In this document: positions 19,413-30,900 of the stretch, piece after piece
How the letters are laid out: every line of letters begins with the position of its first letter
How positions within the stretch are numbered: position 1 is the first letter of the stretch
Source of the DNA: Armatimonadota bacterium
GTDB taxonomy: Bacteria; Armatimonadota; SYMT01
Reading direction: 5' to 3'
Assembly (NCBI GenBank): GCA_046292385.1
Contig: JBKBRF010000013.1
Span: 32,001 to 96,000 of the forward strand
Length of the DNA: 64,000 bases
The notes under the pieces: generated by a model
Told to the model about the DNA's origin: nothing
The model's database searches: none
What the model saw: only the letters and a program-made list of their open reading frames with translations
Translations under genes and position numbers: made by a program

Positions 19413-19438
19413 ATACCCGGGCCCGCCCCCCTCGAAAC
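19413..19438 (-). promoter_or_regulatory. SigB/SigF-type promoter candidate
   Basis: GTTT-N16-GGGTAT on the minus strand, 27 nt before ATG 19385. Confidence 0.65.
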
Positions 19439-19481
19439 GGCCGCTTGCTTGGCCTGGACGCGCCACCTCACTCCTGGATAT

Positions 19482-19647
19482 GTGGGAGTGGGAGCGAGCG
19501 AGCGTGGGAGAGTGGGAAACCCGCTCCCGTCTGTTTTCAGGTTGCAGGTTAACAGGTTGCAGGTTCCGAACTCCGCCTCCCGTGTTCCCAACCTGAAACC
19601 TGCCAACTTGCTAACCTGCAACCGACATCTCCCACTCCCCCTTGCCA
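19482..19647. repeat. Dispersed composite inverted repeat, family D copy 1
   Basis: (gggagt)n...(gcaggtt)n...(aacctgc)n...ctcccactcccccttgcca; homologous to 48265-48435. Confidence 0.85.
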
Positions 19648-19679
19648 GATCCACGCCTCCATCTCGGCCTGATGGAGTA

Positions 19680-20591
19680 CTAACCTGGTACCGCTTCCGC
19701 CGCGGCCCCTTCCGTGTCGAAGTCGAGCGCCAGCCACCGGGCACCCGCCCCCGCGGCCCGGACGGCCGCCGCCATCGCCTCGCCGACTTCCTCCTCCCGG
19801 CCGGTGGTGAACGCCAGCATGGTGGAGCCGCTCCCGCTGAGGCAGGCGCCCGCCGCGCCGGCCTCCAGCGCGCCCCGCATCGCGGCCTCGAAGCCGGGGA
19901 TCAGCCCCGCCCGGTACGGCTGGTGCAGGCGGTCCTGCATGGCAGCCCGAAGCACCTCCGTCCGCCCCGTCAGCAGCGAGGCGACGAGCAGCGAGACGCG
20001 GCCGACGTTGAAGACGGCGTCGGCGCGGGAGTAGCTTTCCGGGAGCACCCGGCGGGCGGCCGCCGTGCTGACCGCGGCGTCCGGCACGCAGACCACCGCC
20101 CGCAGGCCCGGCGGCGGCGGGATGGAGAGATGCAGCAGCCCCTCCTCCGTGAGGGAGGTGACCTGGAAGCCGCCGAGGAGCGCCGGCGTGACGTTATCCG
20201 GGTGGCCTTCCATCTCCACCGCCAGCGCGAGCACCGCCTCGCGGTCGAGCGGTTCCCCCAGCAGCGCGTTCGCCCCCAACAGCCCCCCAACGATCGCGGT
20301 GGAGCTGCTCCCGAGACCCCGGCTCACCGGGATCGCGTTCCGCAGGTGAATCCGCAGCGCGGGCGCCGCCGCGCCGACCTCTCGACAGAGGCGGCACACC
20401 GCACGGTAGACCAGGTTCTCCTCTCCGCTCTCCAGAAGACCTTCGCCTTCTCCCTCCACGGAGACGCGGGTCGGGCCGTCGACCCGCTCCAGCTCCAGGC
20501 GATTGTAGAGACGCAGCGCCAGGCCGAGCGCGTCGAAGCCCGGCCCCAGGTTGGTGGTGCTCGCAGGCACCCGAACATGAATGCGGTCCAT
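19680..20591 (-). CDS. thrB: Homoserine kinase
   Basis: VRVPASTTNLGPGFDALG, IPVSRGLGSSS, EGHPDN, DRLHQPYR, LSGSGST. Confidence 0.96.
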   Translation of the reverse strand: MDRIHVRVPASTTNLGPGFDALGLALRLYNRLELERVDGPTRVSVEGEGEGLLESGEENLVYRAVCRLCREVGAAAPALRIHLRNAIPVSRGLGSSSTAIVGGLLGANALLGEPLDREAVLALAVEMEGHPDNVTPALLGGFQVTSLTEEGLLHLSIPPPPGLRAVVCVPDAAVSTAAARRVLPESYSRADAVFNVGRVSLLVASLLTGRTEVLRAAMQDRLHQPYRAGLIPGFEAAMRGALEAGAAGACLSGSGSTMLAFTTGREEEVGEAMAAAVRAAGAGARWLALDFDTEGAAAEAVPG

Positions 20592-20823
20592 ATCTCGATT
20601 CTCGCCTAAGCGCTGCTCGCTTGTCTCACTTCTTGGGGGGAACGGTCGCTTGCCGGGAGAAGTCCGTTCGCCTGCTTGCCTGTCAACTTTCGGTGGTTTT
20701 CGGCCGCCGGGAGCCGTACCTGCCTTCAACTCGTGTCAATCTGAGCCACCATCAGAATAACCCGGCCGGGAGCCGCGCGAGACGCGGAGCCACCTCGCGG
20801 CCCAGCGTAGAAGTAGACCAGTC

Positions 20824-21168
20824 ATGCAATTTCCCTCCCCGGAGATCCTGATCGTCCAGTTCACCCAGCCTGCCGACGCGGAAAGCCCCGCCGGCCTCAA
20901 GCAGCGCCTGCTCGCCGCCGTGGAGCATCCCGGGCACGTGGTGCTCGACCTCCGCCCCGTGCGGCTCGATGCCGGCCGCCTCGGGGTGATCCTCTCGCTC
21001 CAGCGGCGCCTGGAGCTGCAGGGGCGGCGGCTGGTGGTCGCCGGCTCCGCGGACCTCACCCTGCTGCTGGAGCGCGCCGGCGCGGAACAGGCGCTGACGG
21101 TCTTCCCGGACCCGGCACAGGCGGAAGCGTTCGCGCGGTCGCAGCCCGCCGTATCCCTGGCGGCCTAG
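20824..21168 (+). CDS. STAS domain protein (anti-sigma factor antagonist-like)
   Basis: VVLDLRPVRLDAGRLGVILSLQRRL...RLVVAG...LLERAG; canonical DSS serine absent. Confidence 0.75.
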   Translation: MQFPSPEILIVQFTQPADAESPAGLKQRLLAAVEHPGHVVLDLRPVRLDAGRLGVILSLQRRLELQGRRLVVAGSADLTLLLERAGAEQALTVFPDPAQAEAFARSQPAVSLAA

Positions 21169-21538
21169 CCGAGGGCGGAGTAGAGAGGTCGGAGTGCGGA
21201 ATTCCGGACTCCGCCCTCTCCCGCCGCCAGCAGGAGCGCGAGCACTGCCAATCCTCACTCACCCGTGAGGGCGGGTGCGACACCCTCGCTGTATCGCGGC
21301 AGTGCTGGCCGCGCCGCTGCCAGCACTGCGACGACCGCCCGCCGCGGCATCTTTCCCGCACGAACAGATCACCCTCACCCCTTCACCGCCCTGGGGCGCC
21401 CTCCTCACCCGTGCGTTCTGGCGAGCCGGACCCCGCTCGCTCGAGAAGTGCAGCAGAGGGCTACTCCGGTCTCACTCCGAACGAAGGGAATAGAGAAGCC
21501 TGCTTGAGGAGCAGACGTACCGCAGCGGGAGGTCTACG

Positions 21539-21955
21539 ATGACCGGACGACTCTTGGCGGGTCGAGACAGCTTCGAGGTTACCGCGTGGTCCGCGATCCT
21601 CACAAGCGACCTCGGGTTGGACCTCGACCTCCGTGTCGCGCTGGACGTAAACCTCGCTCCCGGCCAGGAGTTGCCGTCCGGCTATTCCGTGGAGATCCAC
21701 TTCGAGCACGCGACGGACGCCGATTCTGTCGCCAGCCACTTCCCGGCGCCGGAAGAGCCGGGCTTCACCGGAACGGTTCTCGTCGAACCGTTTCTCCCTC
21801 CCCGGGTGGGACCGGCTCGCGTCGAGGTCACTATCCTGGCGCAATCGATGGGTAAGTCACTACCGGAAGCGCAGACCAAGTTGGATCACAAAGGCGACGT
21901 GACGCTGACGGTCACCTATTGCGCGGACCCGCACCCACTGCCCTCGCGTCGCTAA
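21539..21955 (+). CDS. Hypothetical protein, AT-richer islet
   Basis: GGAGG RBS before ATG, beta-rich sequence, atypical codons. Confidence 0.55.
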   Translation: MTGRLLAGRDSFEVTAWSAILTSDLGLDLDLRVALDVNLAPGQELPSGYSVEIHFEHATDADSVASHFPAPEEPGFTGTVLVEPFLPPRVGPARVEVTILAQSMGKSLPEAQTKLDHKGDVTLTVTYCADPHPLPSRR

Positions 21956-22066
21956 TCCGGCCAGTCAGGTCCGCTGCGACAGCCCGTGGCCGTGACAGAA
22001 AGGGAAGACGCCCGGCCCCTCCGCTGGAGAAGGGTCGGGCGTCTCGAGCTTTCCGGGAGAGCGCGC

Positions 22067-23065
22067 TTACTCTTCGGAGAAGGCGGCGTCGAAGGCGACG
22101 TTGCTCGGCTTGAAGTCGGCCTTCTTCAGGAACGCGGCGGCTTCGGCGGCGCCGAACTCGCGGTCCATGCCCATGTCTTCCCACTCCACGGAGAGCGGGC
22201 CCTGGTAGTTGATCCGGTTGAGGGCGCGGATGATCTCTTCGAAGTCGACCCGCCCGTGCCCGATGCTGCGGAAGTCCCAGCTGCGGCGCACGTCGCCGAA
22301 GTTGGTGTGCCCGCCGAAGACGCCCGCCTCGGTGGGCGTGGGCGACCACCACACGTCCTTCATGTGGCAGTGGTAGATGCGGTCCGCGAAGTGGTGGATG
22401 AACTTCACGTAGTCGACGTTCTGGTACCCCAGGTGGCTCGGATCGTAGTTGAACCCGAACGCTTCCCGGCGGCCGACCGCCTCCAGCGCCATCTCGGCGG
22501 AGGCGATGTCGAACGCGATCTCGGTCGGGTGCACCTCGAGGGCGAAGCGGACCCCGACGCGGTCGAACTCGTCGAGGATCGGGTTCCAGCGGTTCGCGAA
22601 GTCCTGGAAGCCTTCCTGGATCTGGTTCGGAGCGACCGGCGGGAACGAGTAGAGGAGGTGCCAGATGGAGGAGCCGGTGAAGCCGTTCACCACCTTGAGG
22701 CCCATGTTGGCGGCGGCGCGGGCGGTCGCCTTCATCTCCTCCGCGGCGCGCTGGCGCACGCCTTCCGGATCCCCGTCGCCCCAGAGGCGCGGCGGCAGGA
22801 TCGACTTGTGCCGCGGATCGATGTTGTCGCACACGGCCTGGCCGACCAGGTGGTTACTGATGGCGAAGCACTGGAGCCCGTACCGGTTCAGCGTCTCCCA
22901 GCGCTGGTCGCAGTAGGCCTTGTCCTGGGCCTTGTCCACTTCGAAGTGGTCGCCCCAGCAGGCGAGCTCGATGCCGTCGTAGCCGAACTCCTTGGCCTTC
23001 CGGCACATGGTTTCGAACGGCAGGTCGGCCCACTGGCCGGTAAAGAGTGTTACAGGTCGTGCCAA
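22067..23065 (-). CDS. Sugar phosphate isomerase/epimerase (xylose isomerase-like TIM barrel)
   Basis: [44 protein letters not shown] start with GAGGAG RBS. Confidence 0.93.
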   Translation of the reverse strand: MARPVTLFTGQWADLPFETMCRKAKEFGYDGIELACWGDHFEVDKAQDKAYCDQRWETLNRYGLQCFAISNHLVGQAVCDNIDPRHKSILPPRLWGDGDPEGVRQRAAEEMKATARAAANMGLKVVNGFTGSSIWHLLYSFPPVAPNQIQEGFQDFANRWNPILDEFDRVGVRFALEVHPTEIAFDIASAEMALEAVGRREAFGFNYDPSHLGYQNVDYVKFIHHFADRIYHCHMKDVWWSPTPTEAGVFGGHTNFGDVRRSWDFRSIGHGRVDFEEIIRALNRINYQGPLSVEWEDMGMDREFGAAEAAAFLKKADFKPSNVAFDAAFSEE

Positions 23066-23317
23066 TTCTCATCTCCTCGCGGGCGTCAGCGGAGACGCCC
23101 GTGATCCTTCGTTTCCGCAGGCGCTCTCCTCTGGAGGAAGCACCTGCCTGATCAACCCCCTGAGAGTTGTGGAGCCCGGCCGCAAAATCCTGCCGCGGGC
23201 AAGATGGAAGACGGGAGAAGAAAGATGAAAGACGGTGACTACGGCGCCGCGGCCTCTGTGCCGGCGCCACGCGAGCTTCCCGCGGGGCAGCAGCGCGTGC
23301 CCTCGGGGTCAACTCGG

Positions 23318-24349
23318 TCATTTTCCATCCGCCAGGGCAGCGGCTAGCAAGCGCTCTGCTCCCTCACGCACCACGTCGGCGGCCGGAAGGCCGGTCTCGT
23401 CTTCGGCGCGCGCGATCGCCGCCTCCGCTTGCTCGCGGGTGAGACCGCTCGGGTTGATGGCGAGGGCGGCGACGCGGCCCCGGTGGAGCGGCGCGAGGGC
23501 GTCTTCATAGCGCCGGACCCACTCCGGCAGCGGCGGAATCGCCGTCTCCTGGTAGCGGATCGTCTCCCGGCCGGCATGGTGGACCAGCACCATGGCGTCC
23601 GGCAGGCTCCCGTGCAGCAGCGCCAGGGTGACGCCGGAGTAGGCGGGGTGAAGCAGGCAGCCCTGCCCCTCCACCACCACCAGGTCGGCGTCGCCGCGCT
23701 CCAGCACCAGCCGCTCCGCCCAGCCCGCCATGAAGTCGCCGGGGACGCGGTCGAGCGTCACGCCGCTCCCCGCGATCAGCATCCCCGTCTGCCCGGTCGC
23801 CGCCATCTCCGCCCGCAGCCCGCGCCGGCGGGCGGCGCGGACCAGCTCCACGGTGGCGGCCATCTTGCCGACGTTGCAATCGGTTCCCACCGTCAGGATC
23901 CGCCGCGCCCGCGTGCTCCGCGCCCGTCCACCGGCGATCGGCTGGTCCGCCGGCGGACGGCGGAGGTCGACGATCTCCGTCCCCCGCTCCCGGGCAAGCC
24001 GCGCCAGCTCCGGATCGTCGCCGAGAAAGGTGTGGAGCCCGGAGAGCACCGCCACCCCGGCGTCGAGGCACGCCCGCAGGATCGGCCGCCACGCCTCCGG
24101 CAGCGCTCCCCCCGGCGGCGCGATCCCGATCACCAGCGCGTCCGGCCGCAGCGCCATCCCCTCCGCAATGGTCCCGACCACCGGCACCGCGGCCGGCGTG
24201 CCGAGCACCTCCCGCGTGGTGCGCCCCGCGTGGACACTATCGAGCACCCCCACCACGTGCTCGGGCCGATAGCGGACGAGGCAGGTGGCGGTCTTGGCGG
24301 TAAAGACGCCGAGCTCGCCTTCAGCGAGAATGAGGAGACGCTGGTGCAT
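23318..24349 (-). CDS. DUF1611 domain protein (P-loop)
   Basis: AKTA, IGIAPPGG, SGLH, VGTDCNVGKM, ATGQTG, VEGQG, LLHGSLPD. Confidence 0.92.
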   Translation of the reverse strand: MHQRLLILAEGELGVFTAKTATCLVRYRPEHVVGVLDSVHAGRTTREVLGTPAAVPVVGTIAEGMALRPDALVIGIAPPGGALPEAWRPILRACLDAGVAVLSGLHTFLGDDPELARLARERGTEIVDLRRPPADQPIAGGRARSTRARRILTVGTDCNVGKMAATVELVRAARRRGLRAEMAATGQTGMLIAGSGVTLDRVPGDFMAGWAERLVLERGDADLVVVEGQGCLLHPAYSGVTLALLHGSLPDAMVLVHHAGRETIRYQETAIPPLPEWVRRYEDALAPLHRGRVAALAINPSGLTREQAEAAIARAEDETGLPAADVVREGAERLLAAALADGK

Positions 24350-24394
24350 TGGTGTGGGGCGCTAAGGGGTCCGCTGGAGTGATTGGCCGCTTTC

Positions 24395-24450
24395 GCCTCG
24401 GACTAAAGTCGAGGCTACACGGAGCGAAGCCCGCCTTCGCGGGCTCAGAA
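24395..24450 (+). repeat. REP-like element, shorter relative of 14047 and 41401
   Basis: gcctcggac-taaa-gtcgaggc, tacacggagcga, agcccgc-cttc-gcgggct, cagaa. Confidence 0.7.
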
Positions 24451-24861
24451 CTCCACTGAAAAACGTGTCAGTGACTTCCCCCAACCCCTTAGGAGAAGAG
24501 GCTTCCGAGATGAGAGTCCAGCGCCATCATTCGTCGTGCGGCAGTCTTCCTACTCCACTGATTCCGCAGCCGCGCTGGGCGACGGCCTAAACCAGGGAGC
24601 CTGGAGGCGCAGCCGGAGGCTGGGCTGGAAGGCTCCCCTTGTGGCCACCCCTGGCGAGGGGTGGCTGCTTGAGCCGGACGGAGTGGCCCGTGAGTCGCCG
24701 TAATGACCGAGCCGAAGCAGCCGGCCGCGGAGCCTAACCGGCTGGAGCGCACGCCCGGAGCAGTCCGCTAGCGGAGGCGCAGCCGGAGCGTGAAAGGGCT
24801 GCGGGAGGGCCAAACACGCGGGAGGGCCGCTCTGTTCGGTGAGGGCACGGGGTGGAACCTC

Positions 24862-24904
24862 GGGGAGATGCGGCTCACGACAGGCGAGCGTGCCGCATCT
24901 CCCC
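24862..24904 (-). terminator. 13-bp hairpin after the alpha-2-macroglobulin gene
   Basis: ggggagatgcggc/gccgcatctcccc, 6 nt after stop; no clear U-tail. Confidence 0.5.
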
Positions 24905-24910
24905 AAGACC

Positions 24911-27900
24911 CTACTCCGCGTCCCGGATGGAGAGCCCCATCTCGTCCGAGAGGGTGCGGATGTCCGGGGCGTACATCGCGTATCCGTTGGTCGGCAGGGT
25001 GTGGAACCGGCCCGGCACCTCCGCCCGGAGGCGGTAGGTGAGGGTGCTGGTCCCCTGCCGGATGCGGTCGAGGAAGAACGCCACCTTGGTGTCGCGGAAC
25101 TCCACGTAGGCGCCGACTCCCTTCTCCCAGCGGTAGCCGCTGCGGACCTCCGCCGCCTCGCAGCCGGACGGCTTCAGGTCCTCGAAGACCAGGTAGTCGT
25201 ACTCGTTCTTGCTCTCCAGCTGCAGCTCTACTTCCAGCAGGTCCCCGCTAGTCACGGTGGCGCCGTCTTCCAGCGGCACCCGCTCGTAGCGCGGCCCCAG
25301 GTTCACGTCCCGGTAGCCGGTCCACTCGCCGCCGTCGTCCAGCAGCTCGTACCGGCCGGTGAGGAACGGGTTCGGTCGCTTCGGGTCGAGCGGCTTCGCC
25401 TCCGGCTGGCCGCCGGCGGTGCCGGGGACGAGCCGGAAGTACTGCCGCCGCACTGAGATCTCGTTGCCGGTGGCGCGCAGCGGCTCTTCCAGCGAGAAGT
25501 AGGTGGTGTAGGCGGAGAAGTAGAGCGCTCCCGGCCCGTCCTTCCGGATCGTCAGCGGCTGCTCCCCCGTCTCCAGCAGCTCGTCCGGCACGACGAACTG
25601 GTTGTCGAAGAAGAGCGCGTTCTCCCGGGTGACGGTGTACTCGCGCCGGATCTTGCCGCCGAGGTCGACCGTGACGGTGTACTCCGGCGCCAGCTCCTTG
25701 TTCACCCGGATGTAGTCGGCCAGGGCGTAGACCGCCCACGCCGTCTCCCGGGTGCTGTGCCAGAAGTTCCCGCGGCGGTTGTTGACCAGCCACTTCACCA
25801 TCAGCGGCGGCAGCTCCGCATCCGGACGGACCGCCATGTAGGCCTGCAGCACGGTGGCGTTCGTCTCCACCTGGTTGTGGTACCAGCGCCACCAGTCCCC
25901 ACCCCGGCCCTGGTCCCAGTTGGCGGTCCCGTTCTCGCGGTCGATCTTGGCCGTCGTCTCCAGGTTGCGGAGCATCACCTCCGCCTTCTCCTGCTCTCCC
26001 AGCCCGTGCAGCGCCAGCGCGAGGAGTGCCCGGGAGTACGGAGTCAGCCGCTCGCGGTTCTCCCAGAGCCTGCCGGTGGTGATGGGGCGGATCGCCTCCC
26101 GGTACCGCGGCTCCATCGAGAGGACCCGCGCCTCGTAGGTGAGGAGGTGGAAGTTGTCTTCCTCCGGGAAGCGCTGCGCCAGGAACTGCATCCCGCGCTC
26201 CAGCACGCCGGGATCGACCGGCACGCCCGCGCTCTTCGCCACCTGCAGCCCGTAGAGCACGTAGCTGCTCATATACGGGTCGCTCGTCTGCCCCGGCCAC
26301 CAGCCCCAGCCGCCGTCGTGCTGCTGCGCGCCCTGGATGCGGTCCAGCCCCTCCCCAATCAAGCGCTGCAGCTCCGCGCCGTTGAAGACCGGGCTCCCGG
26401 CGGTGCGGAGGTAACGCGCCATCTCCCGCACCCGGATCGTGCCCGGGCGCCCTTTCGGGTAGGTGTAGGGGCTGTTCTCGACCGTCGCCCCGCCGGGCCG
26501 CGCCGCATCACCGGCCCGCGCCTTCTCTTCCAGCTCCCGGGCCCGCTTCTCCAGCGCCTCCAGGTCGTAGCCCAGGTCGGCCAGCGTCTTGCGGACCAGC
26601 ACCGCGGGAATGAAGCGGGAGACGGTCTGCTCGATGCAGCCGTACGGATACTCCACCAGGTACGGCAGGGCGTCGAGCATCGTCGCGGCGAGCGACGGGT
26701 TGAGCTGCACCACCAGCTCGGAGCTGCCCGGCTTCCGCTCGCGCGGCAGGGCGATCGGCAGCGACGCGGTGCCGCCGCGCTCCCCGCGGAGGACGCCGCT
26801 GCGGGCGAGCTGCCGCTCCACTCCGTGGACCAGCACCGGGAACGCCAGCTCGGTGGCGTCCGCGGCGGTCTGCGTCTGCGCCGTCAGCCGGATCCGCAGG
26901 TTCCCCTCCCGCGCCACGCGGAGCCGCCAGTCGAGCCGCTTCTCCCCGCCGCTCGGCACCTCGATCCAGCTCTCCGGCTCGGCGGAGCCCTGCGGCGCCA
27001 TGCTGGCGGTATCGTCGCGGAGGTCGAGCCGCACCCGCACCCGCTGCGCCTGCGGCAGGTAGTTGTGGATGTTGCCGGAGACGACCACCTCGTCCCGCTC
27101 CACGAAGAAGCGCGGCGCCTGGAGACGGACCAGCAGGTCCTTCTTGGTGCGCACGCTTGTCTCGTCGGTGCCGACCTGCGCCGAGGTGGTGTTGCCGATC
27201 GACTTCAGCCGCCACTGCGTCAGGTTGTCCGGCCACACCACTTCCGCGGTGGCGTTCCCCTGCGCGTCGGTAGTGAGGGTCGGCACCCAGAGCGCCGTGT
27301 CCGCCAGCCGGGTGCGGAGCGAGGCCTCCGCCAGGCCGCCGTCCGGAAGCTCCGGCGCGGGAGAGGCGTTGGGACGGCTCGCCGCCTCGGCCTTCATGGC
27401 CATGCCAGGCGCCGCCGGCGCGCTCATCATCCTACCGGCCGCCATGCCGCCGCCGAAGCCGCCCATGCCGCCGAAGGCTCCGGGCGGGCCGGCGGGTCCT
27501 CTCGCACCGAGCATGCTGTCCCCATCGCGGTAATACGCCATGTTCTGGATCTGACCCAACACGCTGCGCTGGTGCCAGTAGTACCCGGCGCGGTCCGGCC
27601 CCGGCCAGTCGGGGACCTGCCCCATCCCCTCCGGCAGCAGCCACTCGTGCGTGCGGAAGCTGCCGCGCGGCTGCGTGTCCTCCATGCCGGGATAGAAGAC
27701 CGTGCCCGCGGAGCTGCCTTCCGGCACCGCGTCGGAGCGGCGCTCGCCGTAGTGGTAGGTGCGGATATCCGGCGCGTAGTCCTTCTGGATGTAGCTGAGC
27801 GAGGCGTCGGTCACCGCCAGCGCCAGCTCCGCCCGCACCGGCCGCCCCTGCCAGTCGGTCGCCTTCACCTGCAGCCTCGCCTTCTGTCCCGGCTCGTACT

Positions 27901-30900
27901 GCTCCCGGTCGGCCTGCACCGCCACCTTCAGAAGCTCCCGCACCGGCGGGACGAACAGCTCGGTGAGCGACTGGTGCACGCGGCCGTCCCGCACCATCAT
28001 GGCGGTGACGTAGACGTTCGGCACGTCGTTTCGGGTGACCGGCAGCTCCAGCTCCACGGAGCGGCCCTTCACGCGGACCACTCGCTGCTCCGTGATCTGG
28101 TTGTTCGCCTCTCGCGTGAGGAGCACGGTGCAGTCCGGCTCCGGCGTCACCAGCAGCACCTTCGCCGTCTGGCCCTGTTCGTAATAGAGCTCCTTCACCT
28201 GCAGGTAGACGTTCTGCAGCAGGAAGCGGCCGGCGTCCAGCTCCGGCCCGGCGACCCAGACCTGGGTACGACCGGCAACCTGCTGCCCCGCCCGGTCCCG
28301 CGTCTCGAAGCGGATCTCGTAGTGCCCGCCCTCCTCGGCGCGCCACTCCAGGTAGCCGCGGCCTTCTTTGTCGGTCGTCAGCGGCTCCTGGTGGACCAGC
28401 CGCTCTTCGCCCTTCTCCTGCTCCCGCATCCGGAAGACTTTGGCGGTGCCCGCCACCGAGACCGGCGTCTCCGAGGGATCGATCGTCGCCACCTCCACCC
28501 GGAGCAGGTCCCCCTTGCTGGCGTAGCCGTGGGGGAAGTTCAGGAAGGCGTAGACGTCCTGACGGGTCGCCGTCACGGAGCCGCTGCCGGTGATGACGCG
28601 GCGGCTGGCGTCCTGGACCTCCGCCTCGATGGTGTACCGGAAGTCGCTGTTCGCCTGGTTGGCCGGCGCTTCGGTCTTGATGCTGATCTCGGCATTGCCC
28701 TGGGCGTCGGTGCGCGCCTCACCCTGGCTCACCACCTCCCCGTTCCGGTAGTAGAGGTTGTAGTCGCCGTTCCCGTAGTAGGGGTAGAGGAAGTCGAACG
28801 GGCGCGGAAACCGGTAGCTGACCCAGTGCGGGTTCCGGTAGACGCGGTAGGTGACCTTCGCGTTCGGGACCGGCCCGCCGAAGTAGTACTCCGCGTGGAT
28901 CCGCGCCGCGGCGGTCTCTCCCAGCCGCACCCGGTCCGAGGTCGGCTTCACCGTCACCTCGACTTCCGGCTTCTTGTACTCCTCCACGCGGAAGCGGTTC
29001 CCGCCGTAGTTCTGCACCTGCTCGGAGATGTTCGGAATCGTCGCGCCGATGACGTACTCGCCCAGCCGCGCGCTCGCCGGGATCGTGAACGAGCCGCTCA
29101 CGCTGCCGAACTGGTTCATCGTCTCGGAGAGCTCGTGCATCCGGGAGCCGGTGTTGTCTTGCACCACCACCTGGAGCTGCTGACCCGCCGCGGGCCGCCA
29201 CTCGCCGTTCACCCGCCGCATCGCCACCTGGCGGTAGTGGACCGTCTGCCCCGGCCGGTAGACGGCGCGGTCGGTGATGGAGTAGGTGCGGTAGATCTCC
29301 GGGTTGTCGTGGTCCCACCACGACTGGAGCATCTGCGTCACCGCATAGCGCTCACCGGTCCAGGCGAGGGCCTGCACGGAGAAGCCGCGGCGGTTCGGCG
29401 CCCGGCGCAGCGGCATGCTGAACAGGCCGTTCCCGTCGGTCTTGCCCCGGACCGAGTCGGCGTGACGCTCGTTATCGCTCCACCACTGCTTGGCGACGAT
29501 CTCGGCATTGGCGACCGGCTTACCGGTGGCGCGGTTCGTGGCGAAGAAGAGCGCCCGGTCCCGCTCCAGCTTCTCCACCACCACCAGGTCGGTGACCAGG
29601 ACCACGGTCGCCGCGCGGGCACCCGGCACGGTGGCTTCCAGCACGTAAGCGCCGGTGGCCTTCACCGGGAGCGTTACCTTCCGGTTCACCCACCGGTAGT
29701 CGCCCTTGTCGTCCGTCTTCACGTCCCACCGGGCCACCGGCGGACCGTACCACCGGTCGGCCGTCTTCAGCTCGCCGAAGTTGCGGCCGAAGTTCTCGAA
29801 CGTCGTTTCCGGATCGGAGAGCCGCGCGGGCTGCGTGAGCGGCCGCTCCAGCTCCACCTTGAACAGCTCCAGGTGCACCTGCCCGGCATTGCGCGTCCCG
29901 ACGGTGACCACGGGCGCGCTGCCCGGGGCCGGCGGCTCGGCGGTGGTCAGGTTGATGCGGCGCAGCAGCAGCTCCTGGAGCCGGAGCTTCGCGTCCTCGG
30001 TCCACTTGCTCTGCGGAAGCTCCCGGATCAGCTTCCGGTACTCCGCAACCGCCTGCTTGTACTCTCCCTCGGCCTCGCGGAACATCCCCAGGGTGAACTG
30101 CGCCTGGTCTCGGAGGGAGTCCTGCGGGTACTGACGGACCAGCTCTTCCAGCGGAGCGGTCGGCTTGACGTCCTGGTACGGATACGGGATCTGCACCCAC
30201 TTCTTGCCATCGTACCGGCGGGCGTTGCTCTGCATCATTTGGTGGTACTGCTGCAGCCAGACCGCCTCTCCCAGGAGCGCGATGGCGCCGGAGTGGGGGC
30301 GGTCCTGCCGGTCGGCCAGCCACCGGGCGTGCCGGTAAAGGTAGAGGACCTTCTTCGGCGCGAGCCACTCCAAGGAGTAGTCCTGCGCCGGGTCGACCTT
30401 CCACTGTGGGTCGGCGGGCGGGGCCCAGTCCTGGCCCTGGATCCAGGCGTAGTACGACGGGTCCTGCGGAAGCTGCCGGGCCAGGTCGAAGTCGAGCTGG
30501 ATCTCCTCCTCGCCCGTCCGGTGCGCCTCCCGGAAGCGGGGGTAGAGCACCCGCGCCGCCTCCAGGGCGTCGACGGCGTTGCGCGAGTCCTGCTGGTGGA
30601 GGTAGACCTGCTCCGCGGCGGCGCCCCCGCCCCGCGGCACGTCCGCACCGCGGTGGACCGCTTCCCCCACCCGCCAGCCGTGGTGCGGCACGCCGAGGTA
30701 GAGCCGTCCCAGCCAGTAGAGCCCCCGCGGCTCCCACACCGTGCCGCGGCGGGCCTTCACGAATTCGAGGCCGGCTTCCAGCGCCCGGTCCCACTTCTCC
30801 GTTTTCCCGAGGGAGACGACGACCCGGTACTCCACCTCGTCCTGCCGCGCTGCCGGAACGCGCTTCGCCTCCAGCAGCTTCAGGTAGCCCTCCAGCGCCG

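Noticed and set aside
24575..24600. ggcctaaacc resembling part of a c-di-GMP-I riboswitch
   Set aside because: GCAAA and GNRA P2 elements missing, and no downstream gene on that strand.
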